Source: Promethearchaeota archaeon
GTDB lineage: Archaea; Asgardarchaeota; Lokiarchaeia; Sigyniarchaeales; SOKP01
Direction: 5' to 3'
Assembly (NCBI GenBank): GCA_048938445.1
Contig: JBHLME010000096.1
Span: 1-16,915, forward strand
Length of the DNA stretch: 16,915 nucleotides
This document shows, in pieces, positions 1-9,395 of the stretch. Below the pieces are notes generated by a model. The model ran no database searches. It saw only the letters and a program-made list of their open reading frames with translations, and was not told the origin of the DNA. The translations under genes were made by a program, and so were the position numbers. Position 1 is the first letter of the stretch. Each line of letters opens with the position of its first letter.

Positions 1-240
1 CATGCAACGAATTTTTCCTAGATGTCTATTCCAATAAAGCTCGGATTCAAGAAAAGATTTATTAAAATTGTGAGTTCTAGCAAATAGTGTTAGATATGGT
101 TCCATCGTGCCTGTAGCATGTAGTCCACATAGATCATCGGCTATTTGAAGAATATCATCGATTTTGGAATCATTAAGTAAATGATGTTTCTGTAATACAA
201 AATTGTTTACTTTTCTTAAATCGAGAATATTCATGTTCAT
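1..240 (-). CDS. Partial (runs off left edge) HTH_42 / AlkZ-YcaQ-like winged-helix protein, putative DNA crosslink glycosylase
   Basis: Not in the ORF track. Manual translation from ATG at 240 gives MNMNILDLRKVNNFVLQKHHLLNDSKIDDILQIADDLCGLHATGTMEPYLTLFARTHNFNKSFLESELYWNRHLGKIRCM, open to base 1. The GLHAT...PYLTLFAR...L...RCM pattern matches the recalled N-terminus of HTH_42 proteins. Confidence 0.75.
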   Translation of the reverse strand, partial: MNMNILDLRKVNNFVLQKHHLLNDSKIDDILQIADDLCGLHATGTMEPYLTLFARTHNFNKSFLESELYWNRHLGKIRCM

Positions 241-361
241 TCTAATAGCTCCAGGATTTAATGCAATATTTCTTAAAAATCCGATTTACTAATGTTTTTA
301 TAATCTGACATTGGAATCTTAAATTTTTAATTATACACATCTATTAAATTTTCCTTACTCT

Positions 362-2761
362 CTATTTAGACTCAATATACTTAAACAAACCACCAATTAT
401 TTGTCCCGTGCTGATTCCAGCATCTCCCGGAGGAATATTATCATGTTCTATGAATGACAGTCCTGAGTTATTTACTCTATCTTTGATTGTGTTTGAAAAT
501 AAATAGTTGTAAGCAACACCTCCAGTCAATCCAATTATGTTTATCTGTTTTTCTATAGCAATTCTTATTGAGGTATCAGCAAAAACGTTTCCAATCTCGG
601 TTATAAATTTAGCAGCAATATCCTCCTTATTATGTATTGATTTTTCTACTAATTCTGTAATATCAGTAATTAAATCAGACGTATTAATTATATGGATTCC
701 ATCTACTTTGAATGATTTTATCTTTAAATTAACATTATTAGGATTACCTCTTGCGGCCAAACCTTCTAGCCTCATTGCGGGTTCACCCCGATATGTTTTT
801 ACTGTAGATGCTCCTAATAGATACGAGACGGTATCAAAAATCCTTCCTGTAGAACTTGTTAATGGGATGTATTCTTTTGGAAATTTATTATTTGCGCGTT
901 CATATTGAGAAATGAGTGCCTTTAATTCAGTATCTTGATATTCTAAGTCATTTTTCAAGTTAATTCGTTCAAAAACCTTTTTAGCATCTTCAATTCCAAG
1001 GATTTTTATTAAAATCGATGCTAACATTCGAGCGGGGTATTTGGTGCATCGATCTCCACCTATCATTGGCTGGTATTCCAGGTGACCAAGTCGATTATAA
1101 CCACAATAAGAACATGAAAAAATTTCACCACCCCATACGTTTCCATCAGCGCCAAATCCCACTCCATCTGTGGAAATCGCGATGATTTTCTCATCTGGTT
1201 GAATTTTATTCTCTGCCATTAAACCTAAAATATGAGCGAAGTGATGCTGTATGGGATATAGTGGGATGTTAAAATTTTCTGCTAATTCATTAGCGAATCT
1301 CGTGGTGATAAATGAAGGGTGAGCATCGCAGGCTATAAATTTTAACTCAGAATCTTTTATTTGCAATAGGTCTTTCATGTGAAAAAGGGCATTTTTTAAA
1401 AAATCGTATGTTTCCAATTGTGTAACATTTCCAATATGCTGAGTAGGAAAGATCCGATTTCTCCTGAGGATTGCTCCTGTTGTTGCCAATTCGGGACCAG
1501 TAGCAAGGGCCCCTGGAATTTCGACATCAAATGGAAGTGGTAAGTATTCTGGCACGTATCCCCGAGATCTTCTTATTAATTTAATTTTTTTATCATGAAC
1601 TCTGAGAACGCTATCATCTGCTCTTTGATAAATAGGTCTGTTATGAAGCAAGAATAAATCTGCAAGGGAATCAAGTTGATCAAATATTTTGTCATTTGCA
1701 ATACTCATGGGAACGTTTGAAGGATTTCCACTCGTATATACCAAGGGTTTTTGACCAATTGAATCGAATAAAAGATGATGAATTCCTGAATAGGGAAGCA
1801 TGACTCCAATATTGTTCAATCCTGGAGCGATCCACTTGCTAATGAGAAAATTTTGTGAATAATGTTTTTTTTCTAATAGGACTATTGGTCTTCGAAAGGA
1901 TATTAAAATCTCCCTTTCTTTATCAGAAATTTGTAATAAATCTTCAATGATCCTCAAGTTCGGTACCATCAAAGCAAAAGGCTTGTTTTTTCGTTTCCCT
2001 TTCCTTTCACGTAGTCTAAGTATTACATCATCGTCGTCAGCTAAGCATGTTAAGTGAACACCCCCGATGCCCTTGATTGCAGCAATTTCGCCCGAATTTA
2101 TTCTGTTTGCCACATAATCAATAATGTCTTTTATCGAGGTTCTTTGAATGATTTCTCTTGATTTATCATATAAAGTATAATTTGGACCGCATGTAGAACA
2201 TGCAAAGGTTTGAGCATGGAAACGACGGTTATTAAAATCAGAATATTCGTGATAACATGATGAAATACCTTGTGTACAAAGAGGAAACTCGATCATTGTT
2301 GTTCGCTCCCGGTCATATGGGAGGGACTTAACCGTGGTAAACCTTGGACCACAGACAGCACATGCAACAAAAGGATATTGGTAATATTTAGTCATATCAA
2401 TATTTCTCATGTCGTTAATGCAGTCAGTACACATTGCAATATCGGGGGGTAAAGTTAAACTTGAACCTCTTCCTTCTTCACTATTTTTTATCTCTAAACC
2501 ATCACAGAGCAGATCAGAGTTTAGATTTTTCACACTTACATCTTCAATAAAAGATATATTTGGTCTATTTTTTTCTATACCTTTAAGAAATTCATCAATA
2601 TTTTCAGGAGTTCCTTGAAGTACTAATCGAACTCCTGCGTTACCCCTATTTAAGATATATCCTTTTAACTCCAGATTTCGAGCTAAATTAAATAAAAATG
2701 GGCGAAAACCTACTCCTTGAACAATGCCAATTATATTAATTTCAACGGTTTTCACTTTCAT
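362..2761 (-). CDS. hypF: Hydrogenase maturation carbamoyltransferase HypF
   Basis: 799 aa. Acylphosphatase N-terminus (GIVQGVGFRPF), Zn fingers (CTDC, CAVCGPRF, RRFHAQTFACSTCGP), YrdC-like KGIGG..HL and KPFA, and Kae1-like DAHP, QHHFAH, DGVGFG, SSTGRIFD, PPGDAGISTGQ. Confidence 0.98.
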   Translation of the reverse strand: MKVKTVEINIIGIVQGVGFRPFLFNLARNLELKGYILNRGNAGVRLVLQGTPENIDEFLKGIEKNRPNISFIEDVSVKNLNSDLLCDGLEIKNSEEGRGSSLTLPPDIAMCTDCINDMRNIDMTKYYQYPFVACAVCGPRFTTVKSLPYDRERTTMIEFPLCTQGISSCYHEYSDFNNRRFHAQTFACSTCGPNYTLYDKSREIIQRTSIKDIIDYVANRINSGEIAAIKGIGGVHLTCLADDDDVILRLRERKGKRKNKPFALMVPNLRIIEDLLQISDKEREILISFRRPIVLLEKKHYSQNFLISKWIAPGLNNIGVMLPYSGIHHLLFDSIGQKPLVYTSGNPSNVPMSIANDKIFDQLDSLADLFLLHNRPIYQRADDSVLRVHDKKIKLIRRSRGYVPEYLPLPFDVEIPGALATGPELATTGAILRRNRIFPTQHIGNVTQLETYDFLKNALFHMKDLLQIKDSELKFIACDAHPSFITTRFANELAENFNIPLYPIQHHFAHILGLMAENKIQPDEKIIAISTDGVGFGADGNVWGGEIFSCSYCGYNRLGHLEYQPMIGGDRCTKYPARMLASILIKILGIEDAKKVFERINLKNDLEYQDTELKALISQYERANNKFPKEYIPLTSSTGRIFDTVSYLLGASTVKTYRGEPAMRLEGLAARGNPNNVNLKIKSFKVDGIHIINTSDLITDITELVEKSIHNKEDIAAKFITEIGNVFADTSIRIAIEKQINIIGLTGGVAYNYLFSNTIKDRVNNSGLSFIEHDNIPPGDAGISTGQIIGGLFKYIESK

Positions 2762-2821
2762 TCAAATTAAATAAAATTAGCACTAAGAAAAATATAATGA
2801 TTATTAGAAATTAAAATAATA

Positions 2822-3919
2822 TTAGTCAAATTTTCTATTACATGACCAACAATTCTCCCCTCTCTTTTTCAATGCATTCACGCATTGTTCACAATAAAAT
2901 GTGTGACATTCTGGACATATATAAACACGTCCGACAATAATACCTTTATGTACTACACAAATATATGATGTTTTTTCAATATTTACTTCAGATTCAGTTT
3001 CTCTAATCGCTTTTTTTTCTTCTTCTGAAAGAGCTGGTGAAATTTCTCTTTTTTCTTGAGTTTTTACCTTTTTTGGTTGAATTTTACCTATTTCTGTTGA
3101 TGGAATACGAAATTTCTCTTTTTTCGTGCTTCCATCACTTGGGAGTTCACCCTCATAATGTTTAATTTTCAATATAACAAATAAACCACCAAACACAGCA
3201 GCTGCACTAATCCCTATTATCAGCATGATGATGATCAATAATAATAAGAAGTCTCCTCCGTCATCTGGATTTCCCTCATCAACAATGGAATATTTTATAT
3301 TATTTCCCACGCAATCTTCAGATTGGAAAAAAGCGCGGACAGTATTCCCTGTTAAATCATTTCCGCTCCCATAATTAAAATTTGAATGATTTAGGTAAAT
3401 TCCATATTCATTATATCTGGCCAAATTCGATGAAATATTATTACCATGACTGTAAAGTAACAAGATTCCAGAAAACCCATTATTATTAAAGCTTTCATGA
3501 TTGTTAAAGATAGTATTATTATTAGAATTCATTAATGAGATTCCAGAATATCCATTATAATTCACGGTATTCTCTGAAATCGTGTTAATAGAACAATTAT
3601 ATAGACATATGCCATTATAAATATTAAAATACATATCATTCCTAGAAATCGTGTTATTTATGCTTTCTATTAATACCATACCATTACGTTTATTCCCAGA
3701 GCAGTCATTATCAATCAATTTGCTATTATTAACATTATACAATTTAATTCCTGCATCATACATTCCATTGCTAGAATTATAGAAATTGCAATTTCTTAGC
3801 GTAAAATAAACATCAGAATTTCTTATTTCAATACAACTACTTGCATTTTGTCCATTAATTGTGATGTTTTCAAAAATATAAGGATCAGATACACTTCCAG
3901 AACCACTACACCATGCCAA
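2822..3919 (-). CDS. 3' fragment: beta-helix repeats, TM helix and C-terminal Cys/His Zn-finger (the TTG start is probably not real)
   Basis: PbH1-like repeats, TM segment FLLLLIIIMLIIGISAAAVFGGLFVIL, charged linker, then CVVH-x10-CPEC-x4-CEQC-x10-CWSC. Confidence 0.8.
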   Translation of the reverse strand: MAWCSGSGSVSDPYIFENITINGQNASSCIEIRNSDVYFTLRNCNFYNSSNGMYDAGIKLYNVNNSKLIDNDCSGNKRNGMVLIESINNTISRNDMYFNIYNGICLYNCSINTISENTVNYNGYSGISLMNSNNNTIFNNHESFNNNGFSGILLLYSHGNNISSNLARYNEYGIYLNHSNFNYGSGNDLTGNTVRAFFQSEDCVGNNIKYSIVDEGNPDDGGDFLLLLIIIMLIIGISAAAVFGGLFVILKIKHYEGELPSDGSTKKEKFRIPSTEIGKIQPKKVKTQEKREISPALSEEEKKAIRETESEVNIEKTSYICVVHKGIIVGRVYICPECHTFYCEQCVNALKKRGENCWSCNRKFD

Positions 3920-4014
3920 TTTTTCAATGGCTTGAGACCACGTGAAATTCCCTTCTCCATAGGTATCAATTATAATTGAATCAGCTAAATTTCCTTTAAT
4001 GGAGTTCCAAATAA

Positions 4015-5460
4015 TTATATTATCTTTAGAATTTGTTTCATAATATCAAAATTCCGAGCATTTACACTATTACCAATTACAATAGTGTTATTACTACTAT
4101 AAATAACAATGTCATTAGAGTTATTGTTTAACATGTTTGCTGTAATATTATTAAAATTTGCATTTTGTAAATAGATTCCTTGCCAGAAATTAGATGCTAC
4201 AGTATTATGTAAAATAGTATTATTGTTGCTATTTTGTCCAACAACTATACCAGATTGTTGCTGATTACCAAGACCAACATAACTAGCAGTATTATTGAAT
4301 ATTATACTATTATTACTATTCTCTAGTTTTATGCCGAATTCAGCATTATCATTCGCTTCGTTTCTTATTATTATATTCCCTGAATTATCAGAGAGGATTA
4401 TTCCATGATCATCATTGTTATTTATTTTATTCCCAATTATTTTATTATCATTACAATAAAAATCTAAACTTAGCCCATATCCCCCATTTTCATAGATTTC
4501 ATTATCCAAGATGTTATTAAGTGTACTCATGGAATTTAAAACCATTCCATCTCGCCCATTTTCATAAATTTCATTTTCAGTGAAATTATTATTGGAACTA
4601 AGAGTATTTAGAAATATTCCTTCATGTGCATTTTCATATATTTTATTATTTTTTATAGTATTGCCTATACTATCTCCAGAGAAACTTATCCCACGTTGTC
4701 CATTATTATTAATTTTATTATTTGAAATGGTACTGTTACTTAACTTATTAATAATAATTCCTTCTAGTTGATTTCCTATTATTGTATTATTCGAAATTGT
4801 GAGATTAAAGCAATTACCTGTACAATCAATTCCATATACTGAATCTCTGGGATAAGGAGTATTAATAAAGGTATTATTACTTATTTCGGTATTATTAGAT
4901 CCAGATATGATTAATCCTCTAACATAATTATCGTTTAAGCTATTTAGATAAATTCTATTATCACTACTATTGTAAATACGGATTCCATGATATGGATTAT
5001 TGGTGCAATTATTTTCAATTATTTGCGAATTACTCACATTGATAAGATTTAGTCCTGCATCATTTGGAGAATTTGTTGAATTATAGAGAGTACAATTGCG
5101 TATAATCAAATTTACATTTGAATTGCGAATCTCGATACAACTATTTGTGCTTCCTCCATTTATAGTCAAATTTTCGATGTAATATATTTCATTGGAAGCA
5201 ATATATGTACACCAGGGCTGATTCTGTGCCCAAGTCCAATTATGAGCTCCAATACCCCCTGCTATTCCATCAATGAAAATGGGATCACAAGTGTTATTAA
5301 AATATGACATTTTTAAAATAATAATGTTAGGATCTCGTTGATTGGAAATGCCTGCTTCATTATGAAAATTGATAGCTATAAAAAATGGCATGATAATCAA
5401 GAAGAATATTAAAAATCTAATAAAGATGATTTTGCTTCTCTTTAAGTGAATGTTGTTCAT
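4015..5460 (-). CDS. 5' fragment: secreted or membrane-anchored right-handed parallel beta-helix (NosD/PbH1) repeat protein
   Basis: Hydrophobic N-terminal stretch (IIFIRFLIFFLIIMPFFIAI), Asn-rich repeats of the form N.I..N.I..N...GI.L, and many N-X-S/T sequons. Confidence 0.85.
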   Translation of the reverse strand: MNNIHLKRSKIIFIRFLIFFLIIMPFFIAINFHNEAGISNQRDPNIIILKMSYFNNTCDPIFIDGIAGGIGAHNWTWAQNQPWCTYIASNEIYYIENLTINGGSTNSCIEIRNSNVNLIIRNCTLYNSTNSPNDAGLNLINVSNSQIIENNCTNNPYHGIRIYNSSDNRIYLNSLNDNYVRGLIISGSNNTEISNNTFINTPYPRDSVYGIDCTGNCFNLTISNNTIIGNQLEGIIINKLSNSTISNNKINNNGQRGISFSGDSIGNTIKNNKIYENAHEGIFLNTLSSNNNFTENEIYENGRDGMVLNSMSTLNNILDNEIYENGGYGLSLDFYCNDNKIIGNKINNNDDHGIILSDNSGNIIIRNEANDNAEFGIKLENSNNSIIFNNTASYVGLGNQQQSGIVVGQNSNNNTILHNTVASNFWQGIYLQNANFNNITANMLNNNSNDIVIYSSNNTIVIGNSVNARNFDIMKQILKII

Positions 5461-5721
5461 AATTATCCTTTAGATTATTATAAGTATTATCGTTGTTATA
5501 AACTTAATAGATTTTCGATTTTTAAATTTTGATTTAACCTAATGTGTCAAAATTTTACGAACGTATCATATATATCGAAGAGAATTTAAGTTAAAATTTT
5601 AAAAATTGAATTAAAATGAAATTTATATAATAAAGCACTTTTCTAGTAATTTACCTAAATTATTTAAAATCATAATGAGAATTACATAAATTCTTTAAAT
5701 TTTTTAATATTTTTTTATAAC

Positions 5722-6774
5722 ATGGAAGAAGAAAAAGAGAGCTCAAAAGTAATCCGTTTAGCACATGGTGCTGGTGGTGTCTTACAGGAAGAACTTATTA
5801 ATTTCATCACCAAGGGAATTTCTCTTAAAAGTATTAACAGTGGAATTGGAGTTGAGGAATTGGATGATGGAGCAACTATCCCTCTTAAAAATTATGACAA
5901 GGAAATAATAATCACTGCCGATGGACATACAGTATTTCCTTTATTCTTTCCAGGAGGAGATCTTGGTAAATTGAGCATCTCTGGTACCGTGAATGATATT
6001 TTAATGATGGGTGCTGAGCCATTAGCACTAACCTCAACAATTATCGTTGAAGAAGGTTTCAGTTTTACAAATTTAGAAAAAGTAATCAAATCTTTTAATC
6101 AAACTGCCCGAGAAGCTAATATAGCAATTATTGCGGGTGATACTAAGGTAATGCCCCGTGGAACTTTAAATGAAATAATAATGGCAACTACGGGAATTGG
6201 AATTAGAGATAAAAACGTAAAAATTGAAGATAAAAATATTAAAATAGGAGATAAAATCATCATTACTGGAACAATTGGTGATCATGGAACAGCATTAATG
6301 GCTTCTCGAGAAGGATTAAATTTGAATACGGATTTGCAATCAGATGTAAGTATGTTATTAGAAATTTATAATGTAATTAAACCAGACATCCTCAATAATT
6401 ATATTCATGCAATGAAGGATCCTACTCGTGGGGGTATTGCTGGAGCTTTGAATGATTGGGCTAAAAAGAATAATATAAGTATTTTAATTGAAGAAGAAAA
6501 AATCCCAATTAAAAAGCAAGTGAAAGCAATTTGCGATATGCTCGGATTGGATCCATTCAATATTGCCTGTGAAGGACGTGCTCTTTTAGCTGTAGATCCT
6601 AATCAAGCGGAGCAAATTCTTAATAAAATTAAATCGACTCAGTTAGGAAAAGATGCTATGATCATAGGAGAGGTTCACTCTGAAAATCCCAAAACTGTGC
6701 TTTTAAAAACTATTGTAGGTGGAACGAGATTTGTTGACATGCCCTTAGGAGAGCCAATTCCTAGAATTTGTTAA
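5722..6774 (+). CDS. hypE: Hydrogenase maturation carbamoyl dehydratase HypE
   Basis: 350 aa. LAHGAGG, PLFFPGGDLGKL..GTVND, GDTKV, DPTRGG and the diagnostic C-terminal PRIC. Confidence 0.98.
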   Translation: MEEEKESSKVIRLAHGAGGVLQEELINFITKGISLKSINSGIGVEELDDGATIPLKNYDKEIIITADGHTVFPLFFPGGDLGKLSISGTVNDILMMGAEPLALTSTIIVEEGFSFTNLEKVIKSFNQTAREANIAIIAGDTKVMPRGTLNEIIMATTGIGIRDKNVKIEDKNIKIGDKIIITGTIGDHGTALMASREGLNLNTDLQSDVSMLLEIYNVIKPDILNNYIHAMKDPTRGGIAGALNDWAKKNNISILIEEEKIPIKKQVKAICDMLGLDPFNIACEGRALLAVDPNQAEQILNKIKSTQLGKDAMIIGEVHSENPKTVLLKTIVGGTRFVDMPLGEPIPRIC

Positions 6775-6821
6775 TCTAGCTATTTTAAAATTTATGATAA
6801 ATGAAAATATAATTCAATAAA

Positions 6822-7910
6822 ATGGATATTCCTGGATTAAAAGTACTGAGAAGTAAAGAATTTACTGAAAAAATAATAAGTTCAATTAATAAGTTAGTCA
6901 AAGATATAGGAAAACCTGTTAAATTCATGCATGTTTGTGGAACTCATGAACATACAATCTCTAAATTTGGATTGAGAACAATTTTACCAAAAGAAATAGA
7001 AATTGTTTCTGGACCTGGTTGTCCTGTTTGTATTTGTCCTGCTGCCGATATTGATAAAGCAATAGAACTTGGAAAACGAGATGACACTATCATAACAACG
7101 TTTGGAGATATGATACGGGTTCCAGCAACCAACATTTCATTAGCAGAGTTAAAAGCTAAAGGGGCAGACGTTCGCATCACGTATAGCCCGAATGATGCAA
7201 TTAAAATTGCTCGAGAAAATCCCAATAAAGAGATCATATTTTTTGCTATTGGTTTTGAAACCACAGTTCCTACTATAGGATATGAATTACTTAATAATCC
7301 TCCAGAAAACTTCTCTGTGATTTGTGCTCATAAATTGATACCCGCCGCATTAGAACTCTTGATTAGTCAATCCCAATTAAATATAGATGGTTTTATCTCC
7401 CCAGGACATGTCGCAACAATTATTGGGCTGCACCCTTTTAAGATTTTTTCTGATGCATACCAAGTACCTAATGTAATTGCTGGATTCGAACCTAATGATG
7501 TATTATTAGCATTATTGATGCTTTTAAAGCAAAAAAAGGAAAAGAAACACGAAACCTTAAATGAATATTCGAGAGTAGTGAAACCTGAAGGAAATATAGT
7601 GGCGCAAAAAATAATCTCTGATGTGTTTGAATCGGTTTCTTCTCCTTGGAGAGGAATTGGAAGGATTTTAGATGGAGGCTTAATCATTAAAAATGAATTT
7701 GAGCAATATGATGCAGATAAAAAATTCAATATCAAGATTGAAAAATCAATGGATATTCCACCTGGATGTTCGTGTCATTTGGTAATGATCGGGAAACTTT
7801 CTCCTCCAGAATGCAATTTATTTAGAAAAAAATGCACTCCGCTTAATCCGATAGGCCCTTGTATGGTCTCTCAAGAGGGAACTTGTAGCATCTACTATAA
7901 ATATCACTGA
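6822..7910 (+). CDS. hypD: Hydrogenase maturation protein HypD
   Basis: 362 aa. CGTH, GPGCPVC, GFETT and PGHV motifs, plus the C-terminal Fe-S Cys set ending GPCMVSQEGTC. Confidence 0.98.
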   Translation: MDIPGLKVLRSKEFTEKIISSINKLVKDIGKPVKFMHVCGTHEHTISKFGLRTILPKEIEIVSGPGCPVCICPAADIDKAIELGKRDDTIITTFGDMIRVPATNISLAELKAKGADVRITYSPNDAIKIARENPNKEIIFFAIGFETTVPTIGYELLNNPPENFSVICAHKLIPAALELLISQSQLNIDGFISPGHVATIIGLHPFKIFSDAYQVPNVIAGFEPNDVLLALLMLLKQKKEKKHETLNEYSRVVKPEGNIVAQKIISDVFESVSSPWRGIGRILDGGLIIKNEFEQYDADKKFNIKIEKSMDIPPGCSCHLVMIGKLSPPECNLFRKKCTPLNPIGPCMVSQEGTCSIYYKYH

Positions 7911-7944
7911 GATTATTTAGCATACATATATTAATTTATTTTCC

Positions 7945-8763
7945 TTAAATGTGTTCTCTAGGGAAAATCGGGAAAGGAATTCCCCCTACATATAAAGTTT
8001 TAATTATATAATTTCTAAATTTTTCTGTAGAAATCCTCGTTTCGAATTCACGTTTATTGAGATTTTCTGTAATTTCTGATTTAAGCTTGAGGATATCTTT
8101 ATCGGGTAATAATGAATTACTTTTTACTAATGGGAGCAGTTTTAATTGGAGGTTGCAAGCTAAATTCTTAACTCTTAAACAAAAATTTTCTGATTGTGCT
8201 TGAGATCCATAGTTAAAAAAGTATAAGGTATAATTTACAATTTTATCTTCGTGGAGTAGTTTTTTTTTATAAACAAAAGCTATATGTTCGGTATTTGGTT
8301 TTCCTTCTTTTGATCGTATAACGATCCCAGCTAACATTGAATGTGGGAAAAAACCAGAGATAAAATGACCTTTATGTGCTCGTCGTTTAACTGTAGTTTT
8401 AAAAAAATCAACTATATCACCAATCTTTAAAGTTTTACCATATGGAATTGTTGCTACTATTCGTTCATTCGTATAGTAAAATTTCCAATGAGTAGGAGCA
8501 TTTTTTGCTACTCGCATTTTTTTAAATCTTGATTTAAAAGAATCATCTTTTATGTTTAAAGCAACATCATTGAAGAATTTTAAAACCTTTTCTCCATCCC
8601 ACGGTTCTAATTCTCCATTATCATATAAATAACAAAGAATTAATCCTTGTTTTTTCTTTTCAATGACATAATCCTTATCTTCAGGTCTATGAAGACTAAG
8701 AGCTTGATATTCATTCATTGATTGGTTTAATATTTTACTTTGAGTTGTTAAATTTCTATTCAT
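7945..8763 (-). CDS. Hypothetical basic soluble protein, possibly PH-like fold
   Basis: 272-aa open frame in AT-rich DNA with an ATG start, convergent with hypD. The only hint of family is FYYTNERIVA. Confidence 0.7.
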   Translation of the reverse strand: MNRNLTTQSKILNQSMNEYQALSLHRPEDKDYVIEKKKQGLILCYLYDNGELEPWDGEKVLKFFNDVALNIKDDSFKSRFKKMRVAKNAPTHWKFYYTNERIVATIPYGKTLKIGDIVDFFKTTVKRRAHKGHFISGFFPHSMLAGIVIRSKEGKPNTEHIAFVYKKKLLHEDKIVNYTLYFFNYGSQAQSENFCLRVKNLACNLQLKLLPLVKSNSLLPDKDILKLKSEITENLNKREFETRISTEKFRNYIIKTLYVGGIPFPIFPREHI

Positions 8764-8808
8764 ATTAGTCTAATCTCTTTAAAAGTTATTATTTAATCTC
8801 TAAATTTT

Positions 8809-8832
8809 AAAAAAGAAAAATAAAAAAAAAAA
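8809..8832 (-). terminator. Poly-T archaeal terminator candidate
   Basis: Nearly pure A tract on + (T tract on -), about 30 nt after the stop of 8863..9342. Confidence 0.55.
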
Positions 8833-8862
8833 TTTGTTATTATTATTTACATTTTCAAATCT

Positions 8863-9342
8863 TTATGATACTACTTCAATTTCATTTATTATTAAAAGAA
8901 TTCCTATTAGCAATATTAATCCAAGAATTATTAACCCCCCTATTCCTGAAATAATTCCTCCCCATGTGAGTTCCAATAGATCCCCTTTTACCAGAGTTAA
9001 ATCTATGAAAAAACAAATTACGCCGATAATTACGATGATCAACACAAATTCTAAGATTATTTTATAGTTGATTTTATTTACTATCTTTTTTATAAAATTT
9101 GTAGATATCATGTTGTACTTGAACACGCCGTTTAATAATAATCCCGAAATTAGTACCGCAAATAAAAGTGTGCATATAAAAACCATAATGAATAACTTTT
9201 CCATTGAGAAAGTCGGGAGTAATGCTATTTCAGTATCTCTAACGATATATAAAATAAGTGTACTTATTATTAATATCATTTGAACGATTATTAATACGAT
9301 AGATTGTTTCTTGAATATACTTTTTCTTTCTTCTTCTGTCAT
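8863..9342 (-). CDS. Hypothetical membrane protein with about 4 TM helices
   Basis: 159 aa with four long hydrophobic segments. AGTGA SD-like motif 7 nt upstream of the ATG. Confidence 0.8.
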   Translation of the reverse strand: MTEEERKSIFKKQSIVLIIVQMILIISTLILYIVRDTEIALLPTFSMEKLFIMVFICTLLFAVLISGLLLNGVFKYNMISTNFIKKIVNKINYKIILEFVLIIVIIGVICFFIDLTLVKGDLLELTWGGIISGIGGLIILGLILLIGILLIINEIEVVS

Positions 9343-9370
9343 CCTCTACTCACTTTTTTGAATATTTAAT

Positions 9371-9388
9371 AAAATAAAAAAAAAAAAA
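9371..9388 (-). terminator. Poly-T terminator candidate after the FNT gene
   Basis: T13 run on the - strand (9376-9388), starting 8 nt after the stop codon. Confidence 0.55.
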
Positions 9389-9395
9389 TTAAATC

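Larger units (their letters stand above)
2822..5460 (-). pseudogene. Frameshifted single gene (~879 aa if repaired): N-terminal hydrophobic segment, two NosD/PbH1-like beta-helix modules, TM helix, cytoplasmic RING-like Zn finger
   Basis: The frame of ORF 2822..3919 stays open upstream to 4045 and overlaps the 3' end of ORF 4015..5460. It reads YETNSKDNIIIWNSIKGNLADSIIIDTYGEGNFTWSQAIEKLAWCSG, which parallels PIFIDG..HNWTWAQNQPWCT of the first module. One added base at about 4042-4044 fuses the two ORFs. Confidence 0.8.

Noticed and set aside
4046-4053. T-run (AAT TTT) as a programmed -1 slippage site
   Set aside because: A -1 shift there lands directly on TGA (4048-4046), so it cannot produce the fusion.
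7908-7934. Possible Sec readthrough at the hypD TGA stop
   Set aside because: HypD is already complete at its normal C-terminus, and readthrough adds only a few residues before a TAA.
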